Source: Escherichia coli
GTDB taxonomy: Bacteria; Pseudomonadota; Gammaproteobacteria; Enterobacterales; Enterobacteriaceae
DNA: 64,000 bases
Strand: one strand, 5' to 3'
Assembly: GCF_016903815.1 (NCBI RefSeq)
Contig: NZ_CP069973.1
The number at the start of each line of letters is the position of its first letter. Position 1 is the stretch's first letter. The notes beneath the pieces were generated by a model. It had not been told where the DNA came from, ran no database searches, and worked only from the letters and a program-made list of their open reading frames with translations. Made by a program: the position numbers and the translations under genes. Shown one piece after another: positions 1-11,137 of this stretch.

Positions 1-382
1 GCGCCACCACCAGCCCGACCACCAGATAAAAGAAACGTAATATCTTGCGATGGTTGTGTGGCGAAATCGTTTTAAAGCGAATACTCCACACCATGCCAAT
101 AATGATCACAATATAGACAAACAGCATGGTTGAAGTGACGTATTTACTGGCATCCAACGACTGACCAAACAGATAGTTGAACGCCGTGAGTCCCGCACCA
201 ATCCCTAAGGCAATCATCAATTTTTTAACGCTGATGCGTTCTAAAAACAGCAGTAACAAGACAGGTAAAAAAGTGACGATAGTGATGGGGAAACTTTCAC
301 CAAGCTGGGCGATTTTGACGTTAACCAGCAGGTAGATCAGCGGCAGCAGCAGGTAGCTACAGATTCTGATAGAAGTTGACAT
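1..382 (-). CDS. wcaD: Colanic acid polymerase WcaD, N-terminal part (gene continues beyond window start)
   Basis: Minus-strand ATG at 380-382 gives MSTSIRICSYLLLPLIYLLVNVKIAQLGESFPIT..., a hydrophobic membrane protein. Position downstream of wcaC fits the colanic acid cluster. Confidence 0.8.
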   Translation of the reverse strand, partial: MSTSIRICSYLLLPLIYLLVNVKIAQLGESFPITIVTFLPVLLLLFLERISVKKLMIALGIGAGLTAFNYLFGQSLDASKYVTSTMLFVYIVIIIGMVWSIRFKTISPHNHRKILRFFYLVVGLVVA

Positions 383-1574
383 ACTCCTCCAGCATCTGTT
401 GTCCACTGTAGGCGGCGCGGCTGCGTTGGCTGAACTCAGCCAGCGTGGTACCAAATATCGCCTGCGCGATTTCCGGTTTGCTTAACTGCACCAGTTGCAG
501 CACCTCTTCTTCACTGACGGTTTTACCACCGGATTTTTGCAGCACTTCCCGCGCCGCATCGCTATGGGTGGCGATCACCGGCACGCCAATCGATAGCGCC
601 TCACACAAAATCAGCGGGTAGTTATCGACGCGAGAACTGAACACCAGCGCATCCATCTGATTGAGCGCGCTCATCAACTTGCGCTTGTCAGTTTCAAAGC
701 CGTGATTAACCACGTTGCCAGCGGTGAACGGCGAGAACTTACCAAAGGTATGCAGTTCAATTTTGTCGCCCAGCGCCATCATCTGACGCACCAGTTGCTG
801 GTTAGTCTTGCCGTCGTAACGCAGGTCATGCGCCACCACCGCGATTTTCGGCTTGCCCTGGGTTTCGCGCACCGGAGGCAAGTCCGCCAGAATCGCTTCG
901 GTTGCCATATCAATACCATTATTGATAATCCGGCAACGCCCTGGCCCGTACAGACTATTGAAAGCGTCAGCCACATGCTGGCTGGGGGAAATAAACTGAC
1001 AGCCCAGCGCCAGCATCTCGCGGAATAACTGGCGTTTGCCCGCCACCAGCTGGTGCGCGCGATCAATCTTCACCGGCGGATAGTTATTTAAGGTCGGGCA
1101 TTTCTGGCAGCCCGTTTTCCAGCCTTCGCAACCGTCGGTAAAGGCGCAGCGTCCGGTAACGCTCCAGTGGTCGTGTAACGTCCAGACCAGAGTGACGTCC
1201 GGTTTATGGTTTTTCACCTTCTCGCAAAAGCGCACCACGCTCTTAAGATTCAACCAGTAGCTGTGCAGCACATGCAAATGCAGGACCACCGGGCCCGGTG
1301 TGCGAGTAATGGTGCGATATAACTCATTGAAATTGCCGAACAGATCGCGATTAAACAGACGAAACAACGCAATGTTCGCCATCGCGGTCATCCGCGGCGT
1401 ATGTTTGATGACCTGCGGATAGTTCTGATGGCTGACGCTCTCTTTGCCGCCTTTGCCGTAGCCGTAGACAAAATGTGACGCCAGCCCCTGTTGCAGCGCA
1501 CGCTGGTGAAGATCTAACGCCACACCTGCTGCCCCGCCTTCCGCCAGTCGCACATTAAATTGCAAAATATTCAT
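357..1574 (-). CDS. wcaC: Colanic acid biosynthesis glycosyltransferase WcaC
   Basis: 405-aa ORF with GT-B glycosyltransferase-like C-terminal region; synteny wcaD-wcaC-wcaB-wcaA-wzc. Confidence 0.9.
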   Translation of the reverse strand: MNILQFNVRLAEGGAAGVALDLHQRALQQGLASHFVYGYGKGGKESVSHQNYPQVIKHTPRMTAMANIALFRLFNRDLFGNFNELYRTITRTPGPVVLHLHVLHSYWLNLKSVVRFCEKVKNHKPDVTLVWTLHDHWSVTGRCAFTDGCEGWKTGCQKCPTLNNYPPVKIDRAHQLVAGKRQLFREMLALGCQFISPSQHVADAFNSLYGPGRCRIINNGIDMATEAILADLPPVRETQGKPKIAVVAHDLRYDGKTNQQLVRQMMALGDKIELHTFGKFSPFTAGNVVNHGFETDKRKLMSALNQMDALVFSSRVDNYPLILCEALSIGVPVIATHSDAAREVLQKSGGKTVSEEEVLQLVQLSKPEIAQAIFGTTLAEFSQRSRAAYSGQQMLEEYVNFYQNL

Positions 1575-2059
1575 TTAATTACCTTCACTCGCGCTTTTTC
1601 TCCCACCACCAGCGCGTTGTCCGGGACAGAGTCGAGCACCACGCTGCCCGCGCCCACGGTGACATTGTTACCAAGCGTGATATCACCAAGAATAATAACG
1701 TTGGCACCGAGTTCGACGCCGTTGCCAATGTGTGGACATGCCATGTTATCGGCACCCCGATTGCCGATAGTGACGCCGTGGCGAATGGTGAAATCATCCC
1801 CCGCCACCACGTTTTTATTGATCACTACGGCGTAACCGTGATGGATAGTAAAGCGGCGGCCAATGGTCGCGGCGGCCTGGATTTCATAACCGAAAAAGCA
1901 TTCGGTGATAATGCGATACAGCACCAGCAGCGGGGCCGCCCACAGATTGTTGAGGACGTTCTTTTTGCGCCACACCGAACAAAAATGAGCAACACGATAG
2001 GCAAGAACCATGCAGCACGGGCGTAAACTCCAGCTGTTGGCACGCAGATCTTCCAGCAT
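1571..2059 (-). CDS. wcaB: Colanic acid biosynthesis acetyltransferase WcaB (hexapeptide-repeat)
   Basis: 162-aa ORF with left-handed beta-helix hexapeptide repeats (IGxxVxIG-type); synteny. Confidence 0.9.
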   Translation of the reverse strand: MLEDLRANSWSLRPCCMVLAYRVAHFCSVWRKKNVLNNLWAAPLLVLYRIITECFFGYEIQAAATIGRRFTIHHGYAVVINKNVVAGDDFTIRHGVTIGNRGADNMACPHIGNGVELGANVIILGDITLGNNVTVGAGSVVLDSVPDNALVVGEKARVKVIK

Positions 2060-2061
2060 CT

Positions 2062-2901
2062 TTAGCGCCCCCGAATACCATCAGCCAGACGTTTGCCGTT
2101 ACGCACCGACAGCAGCGTCAGCAACGTGCGCCAGGTCATACGTTTATTGCGGATCTGGTAGAGGGTAAACAGCTGATATTTTTTGCTTGCACGGTCAAAT
2201 TTATCTTTGTGCTTGCGGTAAAAGTGGAAGTACCCGGAGAATTTTTTCGGTGACGAGGTGATCTGCATTTCACCGTGATTGATATGCAGGATCTGCGTCG
2301 CCTCTTCCACTTTCCACGGTTCGCCATACTCCACCACCATCCGCAGGAAGATGTCGTAATCCTGTGCTGCTTTCAGTTCGGTATCGAACAAGCACTCTTT
2401 GAAACGCCACGCCCAGGTAAAAACCTGATTGCCAATGATATTGCGTTTATAGAACAGGCGGCGTGAGTACGGCGATTTGGGATACAGTGGTAAGCTTGCC
2501 GGTTGGGAATAAACTTCTCCCTGGCATACGTAGTCGTTAGCGTACAAAAAGGCGTGAGTGACCAGTTGCTGTTTATGGGCGAGGAAGACGCTCAGACGGT
2601 TGGGTGTCCATTCGTCATCGTCATCGATCCCGGTAATGTATTCCCCTTGCGCCAGCATAATAGCCTGGTTACGTACCGCGCACGCCCCGCTGTTAATATC
2701 GTTGTGGATGTAAGTGATACGCGGATCGTTGAGGGCGGTGACGTACTGTTGCAGTTGTTCCCAGGAGGTGGAGCAATCATCCACGATGATCATCTCCCAG
2801 TTGCTGTAGTCCTGGCGCAGGACCGATTTTATCGCCCGAATCGCCAGTTGTTGGCGGTTCCAGGTTGGCATATAGATTGAGATCAGCGGATTATCTTTCA
2901 T
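2062..2901 (-). CDS. wcaA: Colanic acid biosynthesis glycosyltransferase WcaA (GT2 family)
   Basis: 279-aa ORF; N-terminal SIYMPTWNRQQ...IIVDDCS is a GT2 signature; synteny. Confidence 0.9.
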   Translation of the reverse strand: MKDNPLISIYMPTWNRQQLAIRAIKSVLRQDYSNWEMIIVDDCSTSWEQLQQYVTALNDPRITYIHNDINSGACAVRNQAIMLAQGEYITGIDDDDEWTPNRLSVFLAHKQQLVTHAFLYANDYVCQGEVYSQPASLPLYPKSPYSRRLFYKRNIIGNQVFTWAWRFKECLFDTELKAAQDYDIFLRMVVEYGEPWKVEEATQILHINHGEMQITSSPKKFSGYFHFYRKHKDKFDRASKKYQLFTLYQIRNKRMTWRTLLTLLSVRNGKRLADGIRGR

Positions 2902-2935
2902 AGGTTGTTCTCCCGGCTTATGAGCTGGTTTGCTT

Positions 2936-2969
2936 GCCGGATGCGGCGTGAGCGCCTTATCCGGCCTAC
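2936..2969. repeat. REP (repetitive extragenic palindromic) element
   Basis: gccggatgcggcgtgagcgccttatccggcctac, the typical E. coli REP palindrome, in the wcaA-wzc spacer. Confidence 0.6.
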
Positions 2970-2993
2970 GGGGCGGTGCGAATGCAGGCGTCG

Positions 2994-5156
2994 TTATTTC
3001 GCATCCGACTTATATTCGTATTCGTAATAGCCATAATCCTGATACGCGCTGGCGCGGCGGAAGATGGAGTTCAGAATCACCCCTTTCACCGGAATACCGT
3101 TTTGCTCAAAGCGGCTCAGACTGGTTTCCACTTCTTTCAATGTGTTGACCGCATAACGCGCCACCATTAACGTGGTTCCAACATGACGACCAACAATTGC
3201 CGCATCGGTCACTGCCAGAATCGGCGGCGTATCAATCAACACCAGGTCGTAGTTTTTACTCGCCCAGTTCACCAGTTCGGCAAAGCGTTCGCTCATCAAC
3301 AGTTCAGAAGGATTTGGCGGTACCTGACCGCGCGGGATCAGGTCAAATTTGGCAATAGAGGTCGGTTTAGCAGCGGTAGTAATATCGCCCTGACCAATCA
3401 GAATTTCCGACAGGCCATTGACGTTATTGGTACCCAACAGCTCGTGGGTGTAGCCTTTGCGCATATCGCAGTCGATCAACAACACCCGTTTATTGGTCTG
3501 ACTGATCACCGCCGCCAGGTTGGCGCAGACAAAGGTTTTACCGATTGACGGGCTAACCCCTGTCATCATCAACACATTGTTCTGCGCCTGCATCATCGCG
3601 AAGTGCAAACTGGTACGCAGACTACGGATGGCTTCAATCGCCAGATCGGTTGGATTCCCCACCGCCAGTAGCTGGCTCTGTTTATAGCGTTTAATCCCTT
3701 TGATGGTTTTGACGCTATCGCGCGCTTTTTGCCATTCCGACAGCGGGATGCTGGCATAGACGCTGATACCGTGTTCTTCCAGTACTTGCGGGCTTTCGAT
3801 GCCGCGATTAAACAACGAGCGCAGCAGCACACCCACGATAGAAAGCATCAGGCCGAGGATAATCGCGCCGAGGATAATCAGCCCTTTCTTCGGTTTTAAC
3901 ACGCCAGGCTGGGTGATTGCCGGGTCAACAATGCGCACATCGCCGACGGTACTGGCTTCGGTGATTTTCAGCTCCTGCTCTTTATTCAGCAGTTGCATAT
4001 AGACCTGCTGCCCAGACTCGACATCGCGGGTCAGACGGACAATCTCCTGCTGGGTTTTCGGCATCGCCGTTACGCGACCGTTAAGTTTGGCTTTATCTTC
4101 TTCCAGCGCCTGACGTTTCTCCAGCAGCGTGCGGTACGCCGGGTGAACTTTGGTGTACAGCTTGGAGATTTCCGCCTCTTTAAAGGTCAGTTCGTTCAAC
4201 TGCGCGTCGATGTTCACCATCGAATCGAGCACCGCTTTCGCTTCCAGCGGCAGATCAACAGAATCTTTATCCTGACGGAAGGCATTCAGTTTGTTTTCGG
4301 CAACATCAAGGCGGCTACGTACTTCCGGTAACTGTTGCGCGAGGAAGGCGAGGCTTTTCGACGCTTCCGCCGATTTGCGCTCAATATTTTGTTCCTGATA
4401 GTTACGAGCGATGCTGTTAAGAATGTCGCGGATCTGTTCGCGATCTTCACCGGTATAAGTCAGGCTCAGTACGCCTGCGTCTTTGCCGTTCTCCGTTACC
4501 GTCAGGCTGTTTTGCAGTTGATTGATCATCCCCAGCGTGGAGTATTTGGTGACGGTAAACTCACTGCCCGGGCGGGCGTGAATGGCTTCAACCATCAGCG
4601 TGACGCCTTCTTTTTTCAGTATCTGGCCCGCTTGCCCACGGGCGCTAAAGCCGCCATCGCTGCTCAGAGTGTAGTTTTTATCGTCCAGCACATTAAGCGT
4701 AAACACCTGATCCGCCATCTCTTTCGGGCGGTTAAAGGTAGTCACTTTTACCGTCTCGTTCTGACGCCCCATCAGGCGATCCCAGCCCGCACCGAAAATC
4801 GGGAACGTGTTTTTGCTCACCGCAATATCGAGGTCGAGATCGTCCACCGTTTTACCAAGCACCAGGCGCGAACGAATCAACTGGATCTCGGCATCCGATG
4901 CTGGCGGTTTGTTGGCTAATGCCGATCCGATATCCTGCACCAGCGAATTGCCGCTGCTTTGTTCGATTTGTACCAGTGCGTCGGCGCTGTATATCGGCGT
5001 GGCGAAGAAGGTGTAAACCACGGCACAGAGGGCGAATACGGCGGTGATGCCAATTACCCACCAGCGCGCTTCAATGACGGTGCCGACCAGGCGACCAATA
5101 TCGATTTCATCACTGCCCGTTACCGGAGCGGCATGTTGTTTTACTTTTTCTGTCAT
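2994..5156 (-). CDS. wzc: Tyrosine autokinase Wzc (capsular polysaccharide co-polymerase)
   Basis: ORF track gives 732 aa; internal start MTEKVKQHAAPVTG... gives 720 aa. Walker A (GVSPSIGKT) and C-terminal Tyr-rich tail YGYYEYEYKSDAK. Confidence 0.9.
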   Translation of the reverse strand: MTEKVKQHAAPVTGSDEIDIGRLVGTVIEARWWVIGITAVFALCAVVYTFFATPIYSADALVQIEQSSGNSLVQDIGSALANKPPASDAEIQLIRSRLVLGKTVDDLDLDIAVSKNTFPIFGAGWDRLMGRQNETVKVTTFNRPKEMADQVFTLNVLDDKNYTLSSDGGFSARGQAGQILKKEGVTLMVEAIHARPGSEFTVTKYSTLGMINQLQNSLTVTENGKDAGVLSLTYTGEDREQIRDILNSIARNYQEQNIERKSAEASKSLAFLAQQLPEVRSRLDVAENKLNAFRQDKDSVDLPLEAKAVLDSMVNIDAQLNELTFKEAEISKLYTKVHPAYRTLLEKRQALEEDKAKLNGRVTAMPKTQQEIVRLTRDVESGQQVYMQLLNKEQELKITEASTVGDVRIVDPAITQPGVLKPKKGLIILGAIILGLMLSIVGVLLRSLFNRGIESPQVLEEHGISVYASIPLSEWQKARDSVKTIKGIKRYKQSQLLAVGNPTDLAIEAIRSLRTSLHFAMMQAQNNVLMMTGVSPSIGKTFVCANLAAVISQTNKRVLLIDCDMRKGYTHELLGTNNVNGLSEILIGQGDITTAAKPTSIAKFDLIPRGQVPPNPSELLMSERFAELVNWASKNYDLVLIDTPPILAVTDAAIVGRHVGTTLMVARYAVNTLKEVETSLSRFEQNGIPVKGVILNSIFRRASAYQDYGYYEYEYKSDAK

Positions 5157-5158
5157 TC

Positions 5159-5602
5159 TTATACCTGCTCTGCGTTCAATGCCTGCGCCCACTGGCGGGC
5201 AGACCGTTCAAGTAATGTGTACACCGCTGCAAACGTTTCCCGGCTTTTGCGATACGGATCGGGGATTTCACATTCGTTATCCCAGTGACCAAACAGCATC
5301 ACTTTGCCGCGCATCTCAGGTGCCATCTCGCATAAGCGTTCGATATGGCGCTTTTCCATGGTCAAAATCAGGTCATAGTTGCGACACAGGCGGCGGCTGA
5401 TTTGCCGTGCACAGTGACCTTCCAGAGACAGTTGATGTTCTGCGGCGACGCTGATAGCGGTAGGATCAGCGCCCTTACCGACCAGCGCGCCGAGTCCAGC
5501 GGACTCCACTTTCAGCTCCGGGTGATAACGTTGCAGTAAGCGTTCCGCCGTCGGGGAACGGCAAATATTGCCGACACAGACAACTAAGATGTTGTTAAAC
5601 AT
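5159..5602 (-). CDS. wzb: Low-molecular-weight protein-tyrosine phosphatase Wzb
   Basis: 147-aa ORF with N-terminal CVGNICRSP P-loop of LMW-PTPs. Confidence 0.9.
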   Translation of the reverse strand: MFNNILVVCVGNICRSPTAERLLQRYHPELKVESAGLGALVGKGADPTAISVAAEHQLSLEGHCARQISRRLCRNYDLILTMEKRHIERLCEMAPEMRGKVMLFGHWDNECEIPDPYRKSRETFAAVYTLLERSARQWAQALNAEQV

Positions 5603-5607
5603 GACGA

Positions 5608-6747
5608 TTACCAGTTATGAATGTCGCTGGCTGTATCCGTCATGTAACGGACACCGCTAATAGTTGGCAGCAACTGATTGATCAGACGGTTCCAGCGGGA
5701 AACCGGGGCGGTGGTGACATACACCACGTCATAAGGTTGCAGGCGGAATTCTGTCGCCATCACCAGCGACGTCGCATCGGACATATCCAGCTGGTAGATA
5801 TTGGCAATCTTGCCGTTACGCCCGCCCTCGCCTTTCAGCGGACGAATGACAAAGATGCCGCTGGCGTTGGAGGTGGTCATGTCGATACCTTCGGCATTGC
5901 CCAGGGCTTCAGTCAGGGTCATGCCGCTAAAGTCCATTTTCAGGGTGCTCTGTTTCTTCACTTCACCCATCACAAACACTTTCAGATCATCATTACGCGG
6001 CACGTAGAGAATATCGCCGGGGTAAAGCAGTCGGTTCTGATTGAGGTCGCCGTTTTGCATCAGCGCCTGCAAAGAAATGCGTTCTTCACGACCATTGTGT
6101 GTTAGCACCACGTTGCGCCAGTCAGCGGTGTCGGTCAGGCCACCTGCGGCGTTGATGGCGTCGAGAATGGTCAGTGGTACGTTGGTGATCGCCTGTTGAC
6201 CGGATTTATTCACCTGACCTGAGATATAGGCCTTTTGCGAGCGGAAGGCGGCGATATTAACATCCACCTGCGGGTCAGCGATGTACGTCGCTAAGCGCCC
6301 GGTAATATCACTGCGGATTTCAGCGAGCGTTTTCCCGACTACGTGGACCTTGCCGATATACGGGTAAAACATAGTGCCGTCAGGCTGTACCCAGTTGCCG
6401 GTGTCGCTGGAGCTGCGGTACTGACCGGCTGGCGTGGTGAGTTCCGGGTGATCCCAGACGGTGACATTCAGAACGTCGCCCGGCCCGACGCGATACTGGT
6501 AATTCGCGATCTCACTTTCCAGCGTCATATTGGGGCGCGCTACATTCGGGCGTGGGCGTAATTGGTCAATCAGGCGCGGGGTCAGCGGATAAACATTCAC
6601 CATTTTGTCGAGATCGAAATCAGCGTCCTGCTGTTTGATGACGTCTTTGCCCATCGTCGACATATTGCTGCCCGGAAGTACTGTGCAACCGCTTATCAAG
6701 GTTACTGACACCAATAATGGCATCAATTTCATTTTGGATTTCATCAT
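5608..6747 (-). CDS. wza: Outer-membrane polysaccharide export lipoprotein Wza
   Basis: 379-aa ORF; signal peptide with lipobox LISGC; synteny with wzb/wzc. Confidence 0.9.
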   Translation of the reverse strand: MMKSKMKLMPLLVSVTLISGCTVLPGSNMSTMGKDVIKQQDADFDLDKMVNVYPLTPRLIDQLRPRPNVARPNMTLESEIANYQYRVGPGDVLNVTVWDHPELTTPAGQYRSSSDTGNWVQPDGTMFYPYIGKVHVVGKTLAEIRSDITGRLATYIADPQVDVNIAAFRSQKAYISGQVNKSGQQAITNVPLTILDAINAAGGLTDTADWRNVVLTHNGREERISLQALMQNGDLNQNRLLYPGDILYVPRNDDLKVFVMGEVKKQSTLKMDFSGMTLTEALGNAEGIDMTTSNASGIFVIRPLKGEGGRNGKIANIYQLDMSDATSLVMATEFRLQPYDVVYVTTAPVSRWNRLINQLLPTISGVRYMTDTASDIHNW

Positions 6748-6926
6748 TGTTTATTTATCACTTTGGCAGAGTAATTATCCTGTGCACTATTAATAGCAAT
6801 GTCGCCATGCACATTTACCTTGCAGTTAATTGAATAAAAATTTAACTGGCATCAGTCCTAAAAAAATTGATTTCATCCGCAGGCTATTGACAGAATAATT
6901 CAGACTGGTCTTTCAGGCATCCAGAC

Positions 6927-6937
6927 ACGCTACCGCC
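6927..6937 (-). promoter_or_regulatory. ops element (GGCGGTAGCGT) within JUMPStart leader of the colanic acid operon, RfaH antitermination site
   Basis: Exact reverse complement acgctaccgcc found in the long 5' leader upstream of wza. Confidence 0.7.
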
Positions 6938-7405
6938 CCTGGCTTTTTAGCTACCAATACACTGATTTAGCTTAATTTTTAAAACCCTCTCAACATACAG
7001 TCGTTGATGAGAAAGGGTTATTGCGGAAATTAACTTCCGAATATAAGGTGACATTATGGTAATTGAATATTGGCTCTCCAATAATGCAGGAGGAAGTGTT
7101 ACAGCTAACGGAATAGCAGGCAAGGTAACAATTCGGTAATTGGCTATTTTTAAGAATTATATTAAGTGTCATTCAATATGGTTTTTAGGAGTTTCTTTAG
7201 GTTGACAATATTTAATATTGCGCCTCCACATGCGATATTTCTTAAATAATGTTTTATTATTACCACTTTTAATTCAGGGATAATGTGAGGTTATTACCCT
7301 CAAATAATATGAGATAAATAGTGCTGCAACATTGCATTTTTGCCCCGATTTATCCATGATCGAATTGTGACATTTGTCATACAACGAATAGGTTTTGTAC
7401 TTACT

Positions 7406-8989
7406 ATGGAATGGATTGCCGATCCGTCTATCTGGGCCGGGTTAATCACGCTGATTGTGATCGAACTGGTCCTCGGCATTGATAACCTGGTCTTTATTGC
7501 CATCCTCGCCGAAAAACTACCGCCGAAGCAGCGCGACCGCGCACGGGTTACCGGGCTGCTGCTGGCGATGTTAATGCGCCTGTTACTGCTGGCGTCAATC
7601 TCCTGGCTGGTCACCCTGACGCAACCGCTGTTCAGCTTCCGCTCGTTTACCTTTAGCGCCCGCGACTTAATCATGCTGTTTGGTGGTTTCTTCCTGCTGT
7701 TCAAAGCCACGATGGAGCTGAACGAACGGCTGGAGGGGAAAGACAGCAATAACCCCACGCAACGCAAAGGTGCGAAGTTCTGGGGGGTGGTGACACAAAT
7801 TGTGGTACTGGACGCCATCTTCTCACTCGACTCGGTGATTACCGCCGTCGGGATGGTCGACCATTTACTGGTCATGATGGCCGCCGTGGTTATCGCTATC
7901 AGCCTGATGTTGATGGCCAGCAAGCCGTTAACGCAATTTGTTAACAGTCACCCGACCATCGTTATTCTCTGCTTAAGCTTCCTGTTGATGATTGGCTTTA
8001 GCCTGGTGGCAGAAGGTTTCGGCTTCGTCATTCCGAAAGGCTACCTGTACGCTGCCATTGGTTTCTCGGTGATGATCGAGGCGCTCAATCAGTTGGCTAT
8101 CTTTAACCGTCGACGTTTTCTTTCCGCTAACCAGACACTGCGCCAGCGGACTACCGAAGCGGTAATGCGCCTGCTTAGCGGGCAAAAAGAAGATGCGGAA
8201 CTGGACGCCGAAACCGCGTCCATGCTGGTGGATCATGGTAACCAGCAGATCTTTAATCCGCAGGAACGGCGGATGATTGAGCGGGTACTTAATCTTAATC
8301 AGCGTACCGTCAGCAGCATTATGACGTCGCGCCACGATATTGAGCATATCGATCTCAACGCGCCGGAAGAAGAAATCCGCCAGTTGCTGGAGCGAAATCA
8401 GCATACGCGGGTGGTGGTTACCGACGGTGATGACGCAGAAGATTTGCTCGGTGTTGTTCACGTTATCGACCTGCTACAACAGTCTCTGCGCGGCGAACCG
8501 CTCAACCTGCGGGTGTTGATTCGCCAGCCGCTGGTGTTCCCGGAAACCTTGCCGTTGTTACCTGCCCTGGAGCAGTTCCGTAATGCCCGCACGCACTTTG
8601 CTTTTGTAGTGGATGAGTTTGGCTCGGTGGAAGGGATTGTGACATTAAGTGACGTCACTGAAACCATTGCCGGTAACTTACCGAACGAAGTGGAAGAGAT
8701 CGACGCCCGCCATGATATTCAGAAAAATGCGGACGGTTCCTGGACGGCGAATGGTCATATGCCGCTGGAGGATCTGGTGCAATATGTGCCGCTGCCGCTG
8801 GATGAAAAACGTGAATATCACACCATTGCCGGGCTATTGATGGAATATTTGCAGCGTATTCCAAAACCTGGCGAAGAAGTTCAGGTGGGGGATTATTTGC
8901 TTAAAACGTTGCAGGTGGAAAGCCATCGCGTGCAGAAGGTGCAGATTATTCCGCTGCATAAGGATGGCGAGTTGGAGTACGAGGTGTGA
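7406..8989 (+). CDS. yegH: Inner membrane protein YegH (TerC-like membrane domain plus CBS/CorC-type domains)
   Basis: ORF track 549 aa; internal start [13 protein letters not shown] gives 527 aa; multi-TM N-terminus and soluble C-terminal region. Confidence 0.85.
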   Translation: MEWIADPSIWAGLITLIVIELVLGIDNLVFIAILAEKLPPKQRDRARVTGLLLAMLMRLLLLASISWLVTLTQPLFSFRSFTFSARDLIMLFGGFFLLFKATMELNERLEGKDSNNPTQRKGAKFWGVVTQIVVLDAIFSLDSVITAVGMVDHLLVMMAAVVIAISLMLMASKPLTQFVNSHPTIVILCLSFLLMIGFSLVAEGFGFVIPKGYLYAAIGFSVMIEALNQLAIFNRRRFLSANQTLRQRTTEAVMRLLSGQKEDAELDAETASMLVDHGNQQIFNPQERRMIERVLNLNQRTVSSIMTSRHDIEHIDLNAPEEEIRQLLERNQHTRVVVTDGDDAEDLLGVVHVIDLLQQSLRGEPLNLRVLIRQPLVFPETLPLLPALEQFRNARTHFAFVVDEFGSVEGIVTLSDVTETIAGNLPNEVEEIDARHDIQKNADGSWTANGHMPLEDLVQYVPLPLDEKREYHTIAGLLMEYLQRIPKPGEEVQVGDYLLKTLQVESHRVQKVQIIPLHKDGELEYEV

Positions 8990-9205
8990 TGGTATCGGTC
9001 ATTTTACCCGATAGCCGAAAGGAATAAGATGAGGGAACCGCGCCAGCGGCGATTTACCGCCGGGAGCCCGGGTTGCCAGGGTGGTGGCGATTGAGCCACC
9101 CTGGCACGTTCACCGGCTTGAGCGTTCCATAGTAGTGAGGAACATCAAGTGAACGGAACAGCCTTCGATCTTACATATTCAGAATATAATGGTGCCGCCG
9201 CGAAC

Positions 9206-9242
9206 GCCTGATGCGACGCTTTACGCGTCTTATCAGGCCTAC
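9206..9242. repeat. REP element
   Basis: gcctgatgcgacgctttacgcgtcttatcaggcctac palindrome between yegH and asmA. Confidence 0.6.
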
Positions 9243-9262
9243 AGGACAGGTCACCTGGTAAC

Positions 9263-11116
9263 CTACATCTTCTCCAGCAACTTCTTCACATCTTTGCCAT
9301 TGCGGGAATCTTTATTCCGCTCGGCCCAGTCATTCAGGCGACGTTTCGCTTCGTCCTGTAGATGTTTGCGCAGTAACTGATCCACTTGCAGACTGTAATT
9401 GAGTTGCTGCCAGTTGCCATAAACCCGCAGCGGTACTGGCGTTTCTTTGAGGAAATCAATCAGTTTGCTTTCCCCGTTCCAGCCACCCACGACCCGAATA
9501 TCAAACTGGGTGTCGCAGGTTTGATCTGCCAGATTCAACATGCCTTCCCCTGTCAGCGCCAGCACAGGCGATTGACCTTGCATGTCGTTTAACGTCACGA
9601 CGCCATCCTTCAACGTCAAATCGGTGGTAAAGCGGTCAAGACGCGTTACGTTATCGAAGTTTTCAGCGGCCTTCACATCACCACCATTACGTTCTACCGC
9701 TTGCTGAATCATCTGCTGGAAGTTCATCCCTTCCATGCGCGTGTCGGTCATTTCGACATGTGCCTGTCCTTGCCAGTTGTGGCGGAATGCGTCGGCATCT
9801 ATGTCAGCACCGGAGAAATCACCAGCCAGTGACATTTTTCCGGTCAACGAAATCGGATAGTTAAACGCCTTCAGAATGGTACCAATCTCAACGTTTTCCA
9901 GCCGTGGCTGGAAGTTTATCCGCGGATTTACTGATGTCGCGTCCAGCGTGCCCGGCAGTGAAACCTGTCCACCGTTAAGTTTGCCCTGCAACTGGATAAT
10001 CTCCAGCAAACCCGACTTGTTGGTCATTTGCGTGGCAACATCTGTAAAATTCACTCCGCGCCAGCGCACGTTACTGGCCTGCAACAAAATATCAGCCGTA
10101 AAGCCTTGCAGTCCCTGATATGCCGGTTCATCAATACGCGAAGAAATGACCGGGCGCGGCAATGTTGATTGGCTCTGCCCCTGCTGCGCGGCACCGTTTT
10201 CACCATTCGCTGTTTCATTAAGCGGGATGAGGTTGTCAAGATTCAGTTGCGGGAATTGCAGTCTCAGCTGCCATTCAGGTTTCTCTGTCAGCGTGACCTG
10301 TGCTTGCCCGCTCAGCGTGCTGTCATTGGCGGTCAAGCTGATTTGGTTAAATGAAAGGCGTTTATGTGACTCCTGCCACTGGGCCTGGAAACTCCCCTGC
10401 CCCTGAATACCTTGTTTTGGTAAATCTGCACCCTGCAACTGCCAGTTAATTTGTTCAATAGCCGCCGTTAAATCATGCGGATAATCAGAAGCATCTACCG
10501 TACCGTTAAGGGATATCGTGAGATCGCGCTGATCGCGATTAACCCGCCCGGAGAACTCAAATGAGCCACGATGTTGGGGATCTTGTTCCATTTGCAGGCG
10601 GATATTGCGGATTGTCACCTGCTCGTCATCTTCATGCTGGAACACCAGCACGCTGTCCGCCACCTTAAGACTGGATATATCAAACGACCATCCGCGATCG
10701 TCTGACAGATCCGGCAAGGTATTGTCGCGCGGTGCAACCGGAGCGTCTTCACTGCGCACCGCTTCCGTCTGCGGCGTCAGTTGGATCACTGCCCCTTTTA
10801 GCATCACCTGCTTAACGCTCAGTTGATGACTCAGTAGTGGTAAAAGCGCCACGTCCAGACGCATGTTGTCGGCGCGAACCAGTGGCTGGCTTGCGCCCTG
10901 GGCGGTGAGAGACATTCGCCCGGAGAGGATACTAAGCTGCGGCCAGACGTGCCAACGCAGTGGCCCGTCGAGCTGCAATTGATAACCGCTACGTGCAGCA
11001 ACTTGCTTGACCATATAGTCGCGGAAATCATTCGGATTCACCAGCAACACTAACGCAGATAACCCGGCCACCAGCACGACCAGGAGTATCATCAGCGTCG
11101 TCAGAAATCGTCTCAT
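9263..11116 (-). CDS. asmA: Outer membrane assembly protein AsmA
   Basis: 617-aa ORF with N-terminal TM anchor (LMILLVVLVAGLSALVLLV); size and synteny next to dcd/udk. Confidence 0.9.
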   Translation of the reverse strand: MRRFLTTLMILLVVLVAGLSALVLLVNPNDFRDYMVKQVAARSGYQLQLDGPLRWHVWPQLSILSGRMSLTAQGASQPLVRADNMRLDVALLPLLSHQLSVKQVMLKGAVIQLTPQTEAVRSEDAPVAPRDNTLPDLSDDRGWSFDISSLKVADSVLVFQHEDDEQVTIRNIRLQMEQDPQHRGSFEFSGRVNRDQRDLTISLNGTVDASDYPHDLTAAIEQINWQLQGADLPKQGIQGQGSFQAQWQESHKRLSFNQISLTANDSTLSGQAQVTLTEKPEWQLRLQFPQLNLDNLIPLNETANGENGAAQQGQSQSTLPRPVISSRIDEPAYQGLQGFTADILLQASNVRWRGVNFTDVATQMTNKSGLLEIIQLQGKLNGGQVSLPGTLDATSVNPRINFQPRLENVEIGTILKAFNYPISLTGKMSLAGDFSGADIDADAFRHNWQGQAHVEMTDTRMEGMNFQQMIQQAVERNGGDVKAAENFDNVTRLDRFTTDLTLKDGVVTLNDMQGQSPVLALTGEGMLNLADQTCDTQFDIRVVGGWNGESKLIDFLKETPVPLRVYGNWQQLNYSLQVDQLLRKHLQDEAKRRLNDWAERNKDSRNGKDVKKLLEKM

Positions 11117-11137
11117 GGTATCCTCAATGGGCCTGAA

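Noticed and set aside
702-1066. ORFs 702-1028 (+) and 779-1066 (-) inside wcaC
   Set aside because: Alternate-frame and antisense shadow ORFs within a well-supported gene; Arg/Trp-rich composition.
4335-4919. 194-aa ORF on plus strand inside wzc
   Set aside because: Antisense shadow ORF of wzc; no start context, basic/aromatic-rich translation.
7141-7175. Possible RcsAB box (ttaagaattatattaag) upstream of wza
   Set aside because: About four mismatches to the consensus as I remember it; too weak to annotate.
7300-7923. 207-aa minus-strand ORF overlapping the start of yegH
   Set aside because: Antisense to yegH with low-complexity Ser/Thr/Ile-rich translation; yegH is the supported gene.
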